Positions 14,741 to 28,560 of a DNA stretch of 64,000 nucleotides are shown piece by piece. The stretch lies in assembly GCF_009914755.1 (NCBI RefSeq), contig NC_060939.1. The stretch is one strand, 5' to 3'. The notes under the pieces were generated by a model. That model made no database searches and had not been told where the DNA came from. It worked only from the letters and a program-made list of their open reading frames with translations. A program made the position numbers and the translations under genes. The stretch's first letter is position 1, and every line of letters starts with the position of its first letter. This DNA comes from the human T2T-CHM13v2.0 reference genome, Homo sapiens.

Positions 14741-15426
14741 AGGAGAGCTGCTGATGTAACCTGCCCTGAGCAATTGGACTTTGTTCCTATAGAAGACAAC
14801 CTGGTAATGTCTGTGGGACAATAATGCTGCTCCCATGGGGCCGAGCCGCCATCCCTTTGCTATGGTGGCTGGCCCCAGCTGGCATTAGCCCCCTGTCCTC
14901 CAACGCTCTGATCATCCGCAGAGGTCAGCAGTTTGACAGAGGGCTAGGCAGTGCCAAGTGGCATATCCCTGGTGACAGGAGATCCAAGAGAGGAATTGAA
15001 CCAATAGAGAGTGTCTTGTGGCCAGGAACTGGCTCTGATGCTTGGATGAGGGCCCTCTGAGAGGGCAGGGTTGTTTGGGGAGGTAAAGCTACAGAGTGAG
15101 GTTGGCAGGGTGGAGGATGTAGAAGAACAGGGTGATGAGTGGGTGAGCAGTGGTGGAGAAGGGGTGTGGGCTTGGTCTCAGGCATCAGTGGCCTGGGGGT
15201 TAGGACTGAGGTTAAAATTGCGCCAAACCAGAGTCAGCCATGTAAGGACTCAAGGTCAGCCTATCAGACCAGAGCTGGGAACCCAGGGGCAGAGGAACCA
15301 CAGCACTGGGGGCCCAGAAGGAAGATGCAGATGTGGAGATGAACACAGGCTTGGAGAAGCAGGCTGCCCCAGACGGCCTTCCTGAAGTCTGAGCTGCCGG
15401 AGGAGGTTATTCTCAACTTGCCCAAC

Positions 15427-16635
15427 TAGCCAGCTCCCAAGTATGTAATTTGTGGGGCTTAGTGTGAAATGAAAATTCTGCCTTTTGCTCAAAAAAACCA
15501 AAAAAGTGATGTGCAAAGTACTAAAATGTAAAGCTTTTTCTGTTCTTCCATGGTCTCTCTCACAACTTGTCTCTCCCACAACTTGTCATGGTAATTTTTA
15601 TTTGCTATTTAATGTGTTTCTAAGTAAAGAACAATTGAGATTTTAAATTATTAGCATGAATTATACTGTGCAACTTAGTATTGTGCAATGCTAGTTTTAA
15701 ATGCAAATATAAGAAGCATGCAACTCATATGCAGAATCACTGAAATTACACAATTTGTATTTCGTAGCTCATGAATACATGTATGTTTTGTTCTTACCAG
15801 AACAGTAGACATACTGCACACAACTAACTCAACTTTTTATTTCACTTTGTGATATGTGCACATTCCACTGACCTTCTCTACCTTTGCTTTCCTGAGGAGT
15901 AAGAAAGGATGGAAAGGAAAGGAAATATGGATTCTCTGCTCTTTTCCTTTTCTTTTAAGTCATCATTTTTTTTTCTTGAGATGGAGTCTTGCTCTGTCAC
16001 CCAGGCTGGAGTGCAGTGGCGCAATCTTAGCTCACTGCAACCTCCGCCTCCCGGGTTCAAGGAATTCTGCCTCAGCCTCCGAGTAGCTGGGATTACAGCT
16101 GTGCGCCATCATGCCTGGCTAATTTTTGTATTTTTAGTAGAGACAGGGTTTCACCATTTTGGCCAAGCTGGTCTCAGACAGTAACACAAGTAAGTGACAC
16201 GAGGATATGAGAGGGTTCCTTGGTCATTTATGTTTCCTAGAACATCATTGCCTCTTTTCTGTGTTCAAAGCAAACTCTGGTTTGAAGGGAAGTGTGGCCT
16301 CTTGGAGCTGTCAGCACCCTGCATAATGAGTGGTAGACCTAGCATGCTCATCTGCTTCTAACTTTGAGTCTTGCTGATGCTTTGTGTGTCCACTGCAAAT
16401 CTGTACTCATGGGGCATTGAGACAGCTCTGTGCTAATGGGGCAGCAAGGAACTTTGGGGAGCGTGCATATGGAGCATGCATATGGAGCATATTGTCTCTG
16501 CCCCAGTGCAGGCTCCATTGTCCCCTCGGACTTCACTCTCAAAATGCAAGTTCAAAGATAAAATTAAGAATTTCCAGGTAGGAAGAGCAGAGCATTAAAC
16601 CAAGTGCAGGGCCCTAGGTGACTGTGCAGGCTGTA
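15427..16635 (-). mobile_element. MER45B/C-like hAT-Tip100 DNA transposon, interrupted by Alu
   Basis: Ends 'tatgtaatttgtggggcttagtgtgaaatgaaaat' and 'gcagagcattaaaccaagtgcagggccc...catgaagctagtcctg' match MER45 termini as recalled. Confidence 0.75.
15966..16176 (-). mobile_element. Alu, 5'-truncated (about 210 bp)
   Basis: Right arm intact; stops at 'ttggccaagctggtctc'. Confidence 0.9.
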
Positions 16636-19439
16636 CATCCATGAAGCTAGTCCTGATGAAAAGAGGAGTCAGGAGCTAGGGTTGTGCTTTATATCCAAGA
16701 ATGATTTCCTTCTGGTTTTATTTTAATTTAGATTTTTAAAATTGAGGAGCTTATTTTATTTAGAAATGTTATCACTTCTGTAATTAACCTCGCATTACAA
16801 GCCGAATCAGCTCCTGCCTAGATTAATTTGAGCAGGGGAATACAGAGCTGGGTGAGGAGCAGGATTAGCAGCTGGGGAAGTCAGAAATTCCTGAAGAGCT
16901 GCCAATCAGGCTGGATGGAGCTGAGGGGAGAGCCAAATGCTTAGAAATCAGATCTGGGATGCCATTTTGAGAATGGGCCAGCCCCAGAGGCTGGGAGGAA
17001 AGGGGATAAACAGACAGGGGTAGAACAGAGGAAAGACCCTGGGAGCTTCAGCAAAGGCACCTGGTAGCTGTCCTGGCTGGTGGACTGAGGGTGTTGCCTG
17101 GGGAGCCTCAGGACGATCTTGGCAGACATCCAGGCTGGCAGAATCACAGAGTGTGACTTTATTATTGGCAGTAGGTTTAAAGGATAGGACGCCAGTTTCT
17201 GGGGAACTAAGCATAGAAGGTCAGGCAAGCCTGATTCCAGCTTCCAGAGGAACTGAAGGAGTTGAAGGAAAGAATTCAAGAGCTCTGCAGACAACATGGA
17301 CGCTGGTAGACCAGGCAAGTTTTTGTTTGCTGTAAGAAGTAAGGCAAGTAGGAGTCCCAGCACTGGATCTGGGATCCAAGGACTGGGCAAGAGTGCCCCC
17401 TGATTCAACGGATGTGAGTTCCTGAGCACCAGTGGTCCTTTTATTTCTCTGACCACAGGATCAGCCCAAGGGCCTGAGGGTGGGCAAAGGGGCCCCAGCT
17501 GGCGATTTAGAAAGACATAGGAGCTGGGAGCCAGAGGAGTTTTTACTTTGTGCACACCATTTCTGCTGAAATGCTTTGATTTGCTCCCTGATTTATGTTT
17601 TGTATGTGGAAAAAACCCAAAATATTGGCCTTCCTTTCCCCAAGTAGAATATGGTTGCAAATGATGCCCAAATATAAATCTGTGTTAGCCTGCTAACCAA
17701 TTCCAGGGGCTCAGAATTCACCTAATTCTGCACTGGTCCTTTTTCCTAGGAGTGCTTGTGCAAACAAAAATTCACAAGGCAAATTGTTTAAAATCAATCA
17801 ACTACAAATAAACAAACCTACATATTAAAATCAGTTGGCAAACATTAAATATTGCAGTTGTTTCCAAACTATAGCCCTTGCTCAATCAAATGGCATGACT
17901 CTCCGCAGGCTGAGCACAGGTAATGGGACCTGTCACACTTCCAGCCACTCTGATGGAGGCCAAGGTGATGTGATTTCCCATCACTTGAGGCTGGGGTCAC
18001 TTCAGGATTCACCGCAGTTCCAGAATGCTCCAACCTGAAGAAAGTTGCACTTCCTCAGAGCCAGGAATCCAAAGGCATCTCATTACCAGGCACACGGCTG
18101 ATGTGTGTGGGTTTGTGGGACTGTGTGACTGGGGAGCCTACATTTCCAAGGATGACTTCAGTTAGTGAGTACTGTGCAGCTTAATTATTAGCATATCATC
18201 CCTTGGCCTCCCAATCACACCTTCTGTATCCATGTCTTGCCTCTTCTTTTCTGTAATCCATGAGGTTTTATACATCTTTGGGAAAGCCAAACAACGGCCC
18301 TTCTCTGATACGGCAAAAGGAAAGGGCAGGCAGTTTGAATTCTTTGGCATTTCCTGAAAGTGGTCCATAGATCTGATCTAGTGACTTAGTTCTGCATGTA
18401 TAATTAATTGGCAGCATGTTCACAGCTCCTACTAAGCTGCCTGATTTACATAGTGAAGCTAGCAGATGCAGATGCGGGGCTGGTCTCTCAGCCAATGAGA
18501 ATTCTCGAGGACAGACAACGCAAGGTCACAAATGAAGATTGGAATGAAGATTGTGTCTTGACAGGCTTTGAAGGGAAGTGAAAATAACCAGGCTTTGATT
18601 TGCACCTATGGTCACTGCAGGCTCCAAAAGATGTCATTTTTAGATATTTCCTGTGTTTTCTTTTAGAGTCACAATACGTCAGGCTCAGCTAAATGAAGAA
18701 CTAAATTAAAACTGTCACTTCAGCTCATAAATAACAGATGTCTAATGCATTTAATTATTTATAGTCTTGAATCTTTCAAAAATGAAAATGACTACACACA
18801 TTTTTAATGTAGTTCTTGGTAATTTGCCACCTGACTGATAAGATTTGCCAATAATCCTGCTTGCAAACATGAAAAATAAAACCGAGACTGACTCGTTTAT
18901 TTCACGAGACTGCTTCTTTGCTCCCTTGTGGCTTTAACAAAATTTAAATTAAACTGAAATCTAATCACAACAAAATGATGTTCATATACTCACATTAATA
19001 ATTGAGTTTTTGCAGATCATGAGGTAGGTCCTTGGATGCCAGAGATTTTTGCATTGCCTGAAAAGTCCATGCCTTGTCCTTCTCCAAATCATCCCCGGGC
19101 CAGGAGGCTGTGACTACACTGATCAGGGTTTAATAGAGAAAACAGACACATGGCCCCTGAGCATGGCTCCCACATCATATTGGCAAGTTTGGCTAAGTAT
19201 GGTTAAAAATGCCATTGTGATTTTAGTGATACCAGAAAATGCTCTTCTTCCCCAGAATAGTTACCTCTTTCAGGTCTCTGTTAAGGCTCCAAAATGACTT
19301 AAATTTACACTAAGGTATAATTGGCCAGTGTCGGATTCTGAGAGTAGTTATTTTTAAGAGGAGAGAGGATACAGTTAAGATGCTTTGATTAGTTGGGTAA
19401 TTACTTTCTCAGTGGGCAAAGATAAACATTTGCTATTGG

Positions 19440-19680
19440 GTCTAGTGGTGTAATGAAAAGCGAATTAATTTTGAGGGTCATAAACACCTAGGTTAGAATC
19501 CTGGTTGTAACAGTTATAAGCTAGTGTCCTTGAGTAAGTTACTTAAAATCTCTAGGGCTCAGTTTCTTTATTTCTAAAATGGGCATAATCATACCTGCCT
19601 CCGAAGGATGTTATAAAGAGTAAATCAGGCAACATAGGTAAAATACCTGTAGTTAGTAGGTATACTATGAATATTAAGGG
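19440..19680 (+). mobile_element. MIR SINE
   Basis: 'ccttgagtaagttacttaaaatctctagggctcagtttctttatttctaaaatgggcataat'. Confidence 0.85.
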
Positions 19681-20251
19681 TTCCCATATCTGGCTGGGAA
19701 AAAAGCAACACATTGTTCATTAATGGAAATAATTATATTAATTGTTCCCTAAGGTTCTTTTCAAGTGAGTCCTTGCCTCCACTGCTCGCCAACCTTGTTA
19801 TTTGGCTCCTGCAAAAAATCTTCATTGACTTCCCAGTACTGCTCAGTTCTTCCCTTTGTGATTTCTCTGGGCCATTTCACTAGTCATGACTGCTCAGACA
19901 TGTGCTTTGACACAAGGCTGTCAGTATCCTCTGTTGAGAAAGCCACTGTTCCCAGGTTGTCATGTGTCATGGAGTTACACAGTCATATGTAACTCCAGTG
20001 GGTCACTGGCACATCCCAGAACCAACAGCATATGCCCCAGAGGCCCCAGGGTGGTCAGATGCCAGCAGGGACTATGTGAATGTCCCAGGAGAATCTAGGG
20101 GCTTGTGGAGATTGCAGTGAAGAGAAGAGATGATGGCTGTTGACGACGATGCAGCCACTCGTTCCCAGCTCTAGATTGTTGCCATGCATGAGCACAGGCC
20201 CAGTGTCACCAGGTCTTCAGCTTTCTCAAGAGAATCCAGAAACCAAGATAC

Positions 20252-20543
<292 letters not shown>

Positions 20544-21193
20544 CAGATACCAAGGTACTTATGTGAAAACTTCTAAGTTTTAAGTGGCAAGCTCTTCATT
20601 CACACGAAACAAAACCAAACCTGTGATTATCAATGCTGTGCTATCCAAACAAAGCAGGCCTGTGGGTTTTCAGTTCTGACTTATGGGTTGAAGGTGTTTC
20701 ATTGGCCCGAACTCATGGGTGCCATTTATCTCTCAGGGGTCTTAGACCTCCTGGGAGCAGTTATAATTTTTCCTTTAGTAGCTATGAAGATTTTCTTCCA
20801 TCTCTCATGGGGCTTATGACATTTTGATATGGCCATTTAGCTGCTGTAGTGATATTCATATCTATTTGGTGACCATAAAAAATAATTATTGAACTTAAAA
20901 AAAAAGTCAAGTGATGCCTTAACCCTCACTCTATCCCTGACTTTCAACCCTCATCGTCCTCCTATCATTGAATCTCACCCCCTCCCCAAGGCTCCAAGGT
21001 AAGAAGAGTTCAAAGATGAGGTAAAAGCACAAATCTCAGTGATGAAAATCCTTGCATTTTAGTGGTTTAAGTTTTAGGCCTTGTGAAATGTCCCAGTGTT
21101 AAAACAAAATAACCTGCTTAAGATCTTGAAGTAATGAGTGTTTTTAGCTCCCCTTTCTCCTGGCAGAGGTTGTCCCTTAAAGACAGGGATATT

Positions 21194-21510
21194 AAAGGTT
21201 CATAATCTCTTATTCTAAAAGTTGGGGCAGGTAGGTTTCAGAATTCCAAAGCATTTGAATTTTGGAAATGTAACATATATGTTTCCATGCAGTAGAGCTT
21301 AGGGAAGCACCTTATGATCAAATACACCGCTATTTCTGTAGCAAAATATGAATATTCACACTAAGTAGGTTAAATAAAGATATTTATGAATAGTCACATG
21401 TCAGTTCGGGTCAGGTTTTGATGTCAAATGAATTACAGAAAATTACAGGAAATATTCTGGTTTTCAGAGATGTTTGGATATCAGAATTATGGATGAGAGG
21501 TTATAATCTT
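21194..21510. mobile_element. MER46C-like TcMar-Tigger MITE
   Basis: Degenerate inverted termini 'aggttcataatctcttatt' / 'gatgagaggttataatct'; internal 'aaatatgaatattcacactaagt', 'tcagttcgggtcaggttttg'. Confidence 0.65.
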
Positions 21511-22045
21511 ACACATGAATCACAGTTCAGCTGCTGTCCAGTGGTGATCTCTTCAGCGTGGCTTCAGTAGCAAATCCCATTTTGAGCTTCTTTATACTAA
21601 TCCATGCCTCCTTACCTTATTATTATGTAGAATTACATAAGATAATTTTAATTGTCTTTATTTTTTAAATTTCTACAGTGAATATATATTTTAACATATA
21701 TTGGAAAATGTATGAATAATTTCACATGAAGTTTTATAAAGTCAGGACAGTAGGATGTCCATATCTGGTGTGCGTGTGGGTGACCTGCTGAAAACTTAAC
21801 TTTGATTTTGCTTTTTCCTGCTGTAGCAATAAGTTCTCCTGTCTGTGGGTACCTCCTTAGGAAGAGGTGGAGGAATTCCCTTCTTGCCCACCAACCTCCT
21901 CTTTTTCTCTTCACCCCTTGACCCTCACAGGAGTAAACAGGCCTCTGTGTGTCTACAGCCTTATTAAGGGCATGGTGGAACATTTTGATTTCAGGGACAT
22001 AAAAAGACACTGCTGGGAGTGGAGGTGCAGTTGCAAGTTCCACAA

Positions 22046-22158
22046 GGATGGGTGGGTGGATAGATTGGTGGATAGTTGGATGGGTGGGTGGATAGTTGGA
22101 TGGGTGGGCAGAGAGGTGAGTGGATGGATGGATAGATGGGTGGGTAGATGCTTGGATG
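22046..22158. repeat. (GGAT/GGGT)n degenerate simple repeat
   Basis: Visible tandem tetramers. Confidence 0.9.
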
Positions 22159-24389
22159 TACACTGGCAAAATGCCTCTGAGGCAGCAGGATCTTAGAGAC
22201 TGACCACATGGGGCTCTGAGCTGGTTGGTAATTAATTGTGGTGGCATTTAGAGCCCAGAGAACTTACTATGGAGGGAGTGGAGCTGGGATCTGCTTAATC
22301 AAAGCTTCGCAGACCATCAGTGTCTGAAGAAGGCTTGACAGCACTACTCTGAGGCAGGGAAAGCAAGGGCTGGCTGGGAAGGCAGCTGAAAAAGACACCA
22401 GGCTTCATCCTGCTCAGAGAGAAGTCTAAGGGCCTTTCTTTCTGGACTGTGTTCCTGGAGACTTTGAACCAACCACAGGAAAATTGGGAGCTCTTAGGAG
22501 GTAATGCTGTAGTTGGATCAATCTTGAGAAAAACAAATGTGACTTTCTTTGTATCTTAAGACTGAGGCACTACTATAATTATTACAACTGAAAAAAAATT
22601 ATGATGTGGAAAACAATAAAATCTAACTTTTAAGAATTTGAGTGTCTTTTGTATTATTCTGTAGTATTATCTGATCTATGTAACAATGTTATCAAAAAGG
22701 GAAAAGAACAAAATTGATCAATGTTCTGACATGGTGGGGAGGTATTAGACATCTAAAGGAGGGTTGAAGGGGGCAGATGACGGGAAGAGAAAAAGCCATA
22801 GAGACTGGCAATGGAGGGAAAACTACTTTACAGGTTTACCTCCCGGTCATCTACCTTCCAGAGAAAATCACAGTGGATCTGTGGTTTCCAGCCTTGGATT
22901 CTTTGACCCTAGAGGTCAGTGCATATCGTGCTGAGACTCCATGAGCAATTTTATGAATCTCTAAAAGTCAGATGGAAATCATACATTTCTCTCTGCAATG
23001 GCTGTGTGGGCTAGAAAACACACACATTTCTTTGGTTTTTGCCAGGGATTCTATTGCTTGAGTGTGGGAACTGTGATTATCAGCACTGATCAGATGCTGT
23101 GTGTGGTTCCAAGGTGTATCAACGATTAATAAAAAAATGGAGTAAACAAATAATCAGTGGCCCAACAAATGTAGATTGTCTGGTGGTGAAAAATACGGCA
23201 AATTATGGTGCTCATTTGGGTAGAGGAGATTTATAAAAGAAGTTTTCAGGAAAAGGCTGGGAACCCCTGTGTACACAACTCTGCCTTCCACATTGCCTGA
23301 AACCAGATAGCTGGTCATTTTTTTGTGTCTCCTCTCTTGGCTAAATGATATCTGTCCTTGTGGGCTGTGCAGATGGGTGGCAGCCACTGGCCTCCCTATG
23401 GAGCTGTTCTTTAAATCATTAAAAGAAGGAGACCTTTGATTTCAGAAGAGGGAAAGATTTAAGTTTTCCTTGTTGATGAACATTTAATCCTTCAAGTTCT
23501 CATTAAATGAACTTGGACCAGTCCTCCTGTAGCTTTGTTGACACAGGACTCTTTGGGTCTCTTACCTTTTTTCTCTGTTATTTTCATTTACCACCTGCTT
23601 CTTCCCTCTGCCATCTAATTGTGGGTGCTCTGCTTCTCCAGCTCCACACACATTTTCATGGCTCCTGCTTCTGACACACTGCTTCCCAATTTTCTCCTCC
23701 ATCCCTGGTCCATAGTATGTCTCCTTTACAATGGTTCTATTACTATGGAGCTTCTACTGTCTGTGCCAGATGCTGGGCTGGCTCATGTGCAAAGTTCTTG
23801 CAAAGACTAGTTGCCAAATACATGTTTCTTTTTCTACCTTACACACTGGCTAGTTATGCAGAATAAATCTGATTTTACCCTTTCCATGTGAGATCGTGTT
23901 ATTAGGACACAGAAAATCTCATAACTTCCCAGTCTTCCCCTGTGGTAGGAGTTGGGCAAGGGAGACTATGCACATAAGCCCTTGCAGCCTTGCCTTAAGC
24001 ATCTCTAAAGGTGTCTGCTCACAGGGGAGTGGCAGGGTACAAAGGACAAATGGGATTCTGCTAGCAGTTTAAATGTCACATTGGGGCTTTGCAGTTTTCC
24101 TCTGGACACCTTGGTCTGAAGCATTCAGGGAAGGACTGCTACTCTAGCCTGGAGGTCCAGAAATTAGAAAGTGGAAAGGGAGAACACCGTCCTCCAAACC
24201 TGGGCATGCACTGAAACCTTTAGCATACTCAGACTACTGTGGTGGTTGTTTAATTGTGATTCTCCCTTGCATGAAAGATCAAGCTTTCTTCAATTTGTGC
24301 CTGATTCTTTGTAGAGGACTTGGGGTTTGCTAGTGGCAATCCACAACCTGCACTATGAGGCTATGGACAGTCTGGCTCAAGATGCTTCA

Positions 24390-24622
24390 GTTGCCCCAAC
24401 TCCAGCCTCTGCCTTTGTCTTTGCATCCCCTTCATCTCTGTGTTTTTGTGTGTCCTTTCTTGTTTCTTATTAGGACACTCATTGGATGTAGGGCTTGCTC
24501 TCTCCAGTATAGTCTCATCTTGATCCTTAGTTACATCTGCAAAGGACCTATTTTCAAGTAAGATCACATTTTGAGGCTCTGGATGGACATGAATTTTTGG
24601 GAGACACTATTCAACCCACTGC
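24390..24622 (-). mobile_element. MLT1 LTR fragment (MLT1B/C-like)
   Basis: 'ttacatctgcaaaggacctattttcaagtaagatcacattttgagg', 'gacactattcaacccactgca'. Confidence 0.8.
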
Positions 24623-25411
24623 AGTGGTCAATCTAGTATGACTCTCCTTTTCTCTGAAAGTCAATCTCTCATCCACTTGGCAATATCATCATGCCTTATA
24701 AAATACCTTACCATCTGCAAGTGCTTTTGCATCTGGTATCTAATTTGGGCCCTTCCCTGTGAGACAAGTGGGCAGGCATTACCTTTTTTAAGTTTCATCC
24801 ATAGAATCTGTGTAAGTGATCTGATCAAGGTAAGTTGCAGAGCCTGGATTTCTGCTTCTCAGAAAGCAGTGCACTGCGGTGGAATAAATGGAAAATGTAG
24901 AAATGATATTCTTGCTTGTCTCTCTTCCCTTTTGGGATGTGTGTTGGGGGAAGGGAGGCTTCGCATTTCTTTTAATTTTGTGTCCAACAATCACATTCAG
25001 TTATTGTGGGGTGAACTCACTGAAGCTTTGACAAAAAAAGCAATTGTAGAAACTTCTCTTCTTTCTCTGACTCTCACTTCACTGCAAAGAGGCTACATTC
25101 ATTCCCACCATCCCCTTGTCCCCCAGGCCTACTCCTTTGCAGGAGCTGTGCTACTGCACAGAAGACCTAACACACAGTTCTAGCACCATCACCACCACAC
25201 CCTTCAAACCCTCTCCTCAACTCGAGAGTCTAGGCTCTGCAGAATATCCATTGGAATGGCTGCAAGCTTCCTAACATACTGTCCCTTGTGGAGAAGTTTA
25301 TCAATGGGTAAAGTTTATCATGAAGTTTGTCAAGATTGAGCCTTCTTATGAAAATGAAAACTTTGCAACACATTAGACATACTAATCTAACATATAAACA
25401 GAGAATTTAAA

Positions 25412-25444
25412 ACACACGCACGCACACACACACGCACACACACA
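25412..25444. repeat. (CA)n/(CACG) microsatellite
   Basis: Visible tandem repeat. Confidence 0.85.
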
Positions 25445-25534
25445 TCACATGCTCAACTGTGTGCCTGAGAAACTTTAGGCTCCAAAGTAATGTTGTGAAG
25501 TAGGAAGAGTAGACTTGGAAATGGGAAATGCAGG

Positions 25535-26594
25535 TATTATGGGCTCAGTTGTGTCCTTATGACCAAATTCAAATGTTGAAACCCTGACCCCCAGTGCCTC
25601 AAAGTGTGACTGTATTTGAACAAAGGACCTTTAGAATGCTTCTACACTGTTGGTGGGAGCATGAAATAGTTCAACCCCTGTGGAAGATGGTGTGGTGATT
25701 CCTCAAATACCTAAAGGGAGAAATACCATTTGACCCAGCAATTCCATTACTGGGTATATAACCAAAGACATATAAATCATGCTATTATAAAGATACATGC
25801 ACGTGTATGTTCATTGCAGCACTATTTACAAGAGCAAAGACATGGAATCAACCTAAATGCCCATCAATGATAGACTGGATAAAGAAAATGTGGTACATAT
25901 ATGCCATGGAATACTATGCAGCCATAAAAAGGAATGAGATCATGTCCTTTGCAGGAACATAGATGGAGTTGGAAGCCATTATCCCCAGCAAACTAACACA
26001 GGAACAGAAAACGAAATACTACATTTTGTTACTTACAAGTGGGAGATGAATGATGAGAACACATAGACACATGGGTAGGGAAACAATACACACTGGGGCC
26101 TGTCATCAGGTGTGGGGAGGGAGAGCATCAGGAAGAATAGCTAATGGATGCTGGGCTTAATACCTAGGTGATGGGATGATCTGTGTAGCAAACCACCATG
26201 GCACATGTTTACCTATGTAACAAACCTGCACATCCTGCACATGTACCCCTGAACTTAAAATAAAAGTTGAAGAAAAAAGAAAAAGAAAAAAGGACTTTTA
26301 AAGGGTAATGAAATTAAAATGATGTCATTAGCTGGGTTCTAATCCAATCTGACTCATGTCCTTATAAGAAGAGGAAATTTGGACACACATGAGACACCAG
26401 AGATGCCTGTGCACAGAGACCACGTGAAGAGGCAGCGAGAGGGAGGTCAAAGAGAGAGGTCTCAGGAGAAACCAACGCTGCTGACACCCCGATCTTGGAC
26501 TTCCAGCCTCCAGCACTGTGAGAAAATAAATTTGTGTTCGTTAAGTCATCCAGTCTGTGGTATTTTGTTTTGACAGCCGTAACAAACTAATACA
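25535..26594 (+). mobile_element. MLT1B-like LTR, interrupted by L1PA and itself inside a MIR
   Basis: 'ccctgacccccagtgcctcaaagtgtgactgtatttg'; resumes 'taatccaatctgactcatgtccttataagaagaggaaatttggacaca'; TSD gcagg/gcaag. Confidence 0.85.
25634..26284 (+). mobile_element. 5'-truncated L1PA13-16-like element
   Basis: 3'UTR 'catcaggaagaatagctaatggatgctgggcttaatacctaggtgatggg', A tail; TSD gaacaaaggaccttta / gaaaaaaggactttta. Confidence 0.9.
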
Positions 26595-27309
26595 GCAAGT
26601 GCCAATGCTTGCTTTTAGGGTATTTCTTGACTTCTTTAGGCCTCAATTTCCTCATTAGTAAAATGAGGATTACAGTATCTCTTTCTTCTACCCCACTTGA
26701 GATAACATTTACAATTTTTTAATATAAATTAAATTCCATCGGAATAAAATATAATAATTATAAAATCCATCATCCACGTTGTTCAGTCCTAGAACAGCAT
26801 CAGGGTGAAAAAACGTGGCCACACATCTAAGAGAATAGCTCAGGACTTTTCATTGTTATGTCTTGAGCATCATGGAGAAGACATAAATCATCATCTCCAA
26901 TTTCCTAGCTCTTGCCCCCCTTGCCCCTGTCATTTCCCAGCACTCAGGCAGAGGAGCCTGATGATGGACAAGTTAGAATCTTCTTTAGAGGGGTGGGGCA
27001 ATAGAAGGATAGGGACACACGAAGACATTAAATGTGATGAGGTAGATGTTATTAGGTTGGAGACCAGAAGACTGCTTTTGGCTCAAAGGATGGGAATGGT
27101 AGATGGTCATGGCCATAGTCTCAGGCCACGTCTACACAGCTGAATCATAGACTCTCCAGGTAGTGAAGAATGCTTCTTAGGGTGCTAGGGAGGCTCCACA
27201 TTGCAGTTCTGGTGCAGTTTGCAGGAGCTCCTGGGGCTCCTGCCTTCTTTAGTGCTGAGAGAAGAAAACACATCAGGCAAACAATCCTTTCCAGTTGTAC
27301 TGGTTGATC

Positions 27310-27526
27310 AGTGATTTACAAGGAGTGCGGGGAGGTTGCCTCCCTACCCCTAATCCCATTCCCAGGGATATTTTTGGTTGTCACAACTTAGTTGGTGGGG
27401 GGTGCTACTGGCATCTAGTGGGTAGAGGTGAGGGTGCTGTTAAACATCCCGCAGTGCCCAGAAGAGCCCCACAACAAAGAATGGTCTGGTCCCCAGTACC
27501 AACAGTGGTGAGGATGAGAAATCCTG
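27310..27526. mobile_element. MER20 hAT-Charlie element
   Basis: 'atttttggttgtcacaact', 'gtgctactggcatctagtgggtagagg', 'ccccacaacaaagaat'. Confidence 0.85.
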
Positions 27527-27659
27527 CTGTGGACCCTCTTGGTCGTCTCTGGCCACCACAAGCTCTCATTCCCTGCCTCCTTTCCCAATTTCTGCATTGT
27601 TCTGACCTAAATCTAACCCAGTCTCCGGGGATCAACTTCTGAGGAAGGAAATAGGCTAT

Positions 27660-28560
27660 TTCTGGGAGAGTAGATGGGAGCTTGAAATTAAGGAATTCTG
27701 ATTGCGCGTCGGAGAGAAAAGGGAGGTCAGAGCTGTTTGATTTCCTTGCCATTAAAATTGGGAAGCAGCGTTTAAAGAATGAAGAGGAACAAAGGGCACA
27801 TATGCTAAGAGGATCATTGCACACAAATAAAATGCAGTTCGAGCCAAAAAGCAGGGAATTGAAACAGGCTGTAAATAAACGGCATCCATTTGCAGATGAA
27901 AAGAGGACAGTGGCTCCCATCAGCCCCGAAAAAGCATGTTGACTTGGCAAACAAATTTCACATTGACATTTCCCAGCTACCACAGGATGACAAAGGCAGT
28001 AAAATACCAAAAAACAATCTGATCTCAGCGGCGGTGGTACTGCTTTAGCAATGTTTTGTACCAGTGCGGGGTTTCACAATGCCGCGTTGGTGAGATGCTG
28101 CCCTTTCCAAACTTCCATGGAAATATTTTCCATCATTTTGACATTTCATTTAAAATGAAATATAGGAGATATTAAAAATTCGTGTTCATGACAGGTATTA
28201 TTTATTTGACTTTGAAATACACAGTGAACACACTGTTAATGAACAGTGAGGGAAGTGTCAGTATTGTGTGCGCGTGCATATTCATGGACTGCTCCCTGAC
28301 TTCAGAAGAAAACAATTGCAGAATCAAAGAGGCTTGACCTTTTATGGTTCTAAAATCCATGAGTGTGTGGTTATGAATAATTGAATATGGAATAATAAAA
28401 ATGACCCTTTTTTGGGGTAGTTCACGTAAAAGCAAAATGCCATGACTTTATCCTGGAAACATGAACCTCAATTATTTCTGAATTTGCATGAATTACATGA
28501 ATATCTCACTTGAAACATTACTGGGGATGCAATCACATTAATTCATCCAACTGCCAGCAT
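27660..28560. promoter_or_regulatory. Putative conserved enhancer (repeat-free, CpG-retaining, motif cluster)
   Basis: SOX AACAAAG 27788, E-boxes CATATG 27799 and CAGATG 27893, FOX GTAAATAAAC 27871, NFI TTGGCA 27944, octamer ATTTGCAT 28482; several CpGs. Confidence 0.45.

Noticed and set aside
16941-17660. 239-aa minus-strand ORF, the longest non-L1 ORF
   Set aside because: Starts at TTG, Leu/Pro/Ser-rich with no recognisable domain and no clear exon boundaries; consistent with chance
21648-22247. 199-aa ORF with HPSIHP repeats
   Set aside because: Translation of the (GGAT)n microsatellite
24638-25183. 181-aa plus-strand ORF and the perfect AAG|gtaagt donor at 24830
   Set aside because: No domain; overlaps a MIR-like remnant; no matching acceptor found
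27405-28010. 201-aa and 86-aa overlapping ORFs
   Set aside because: Non-ATG starts, partly MER20-derived; the region is better explained as regulatory
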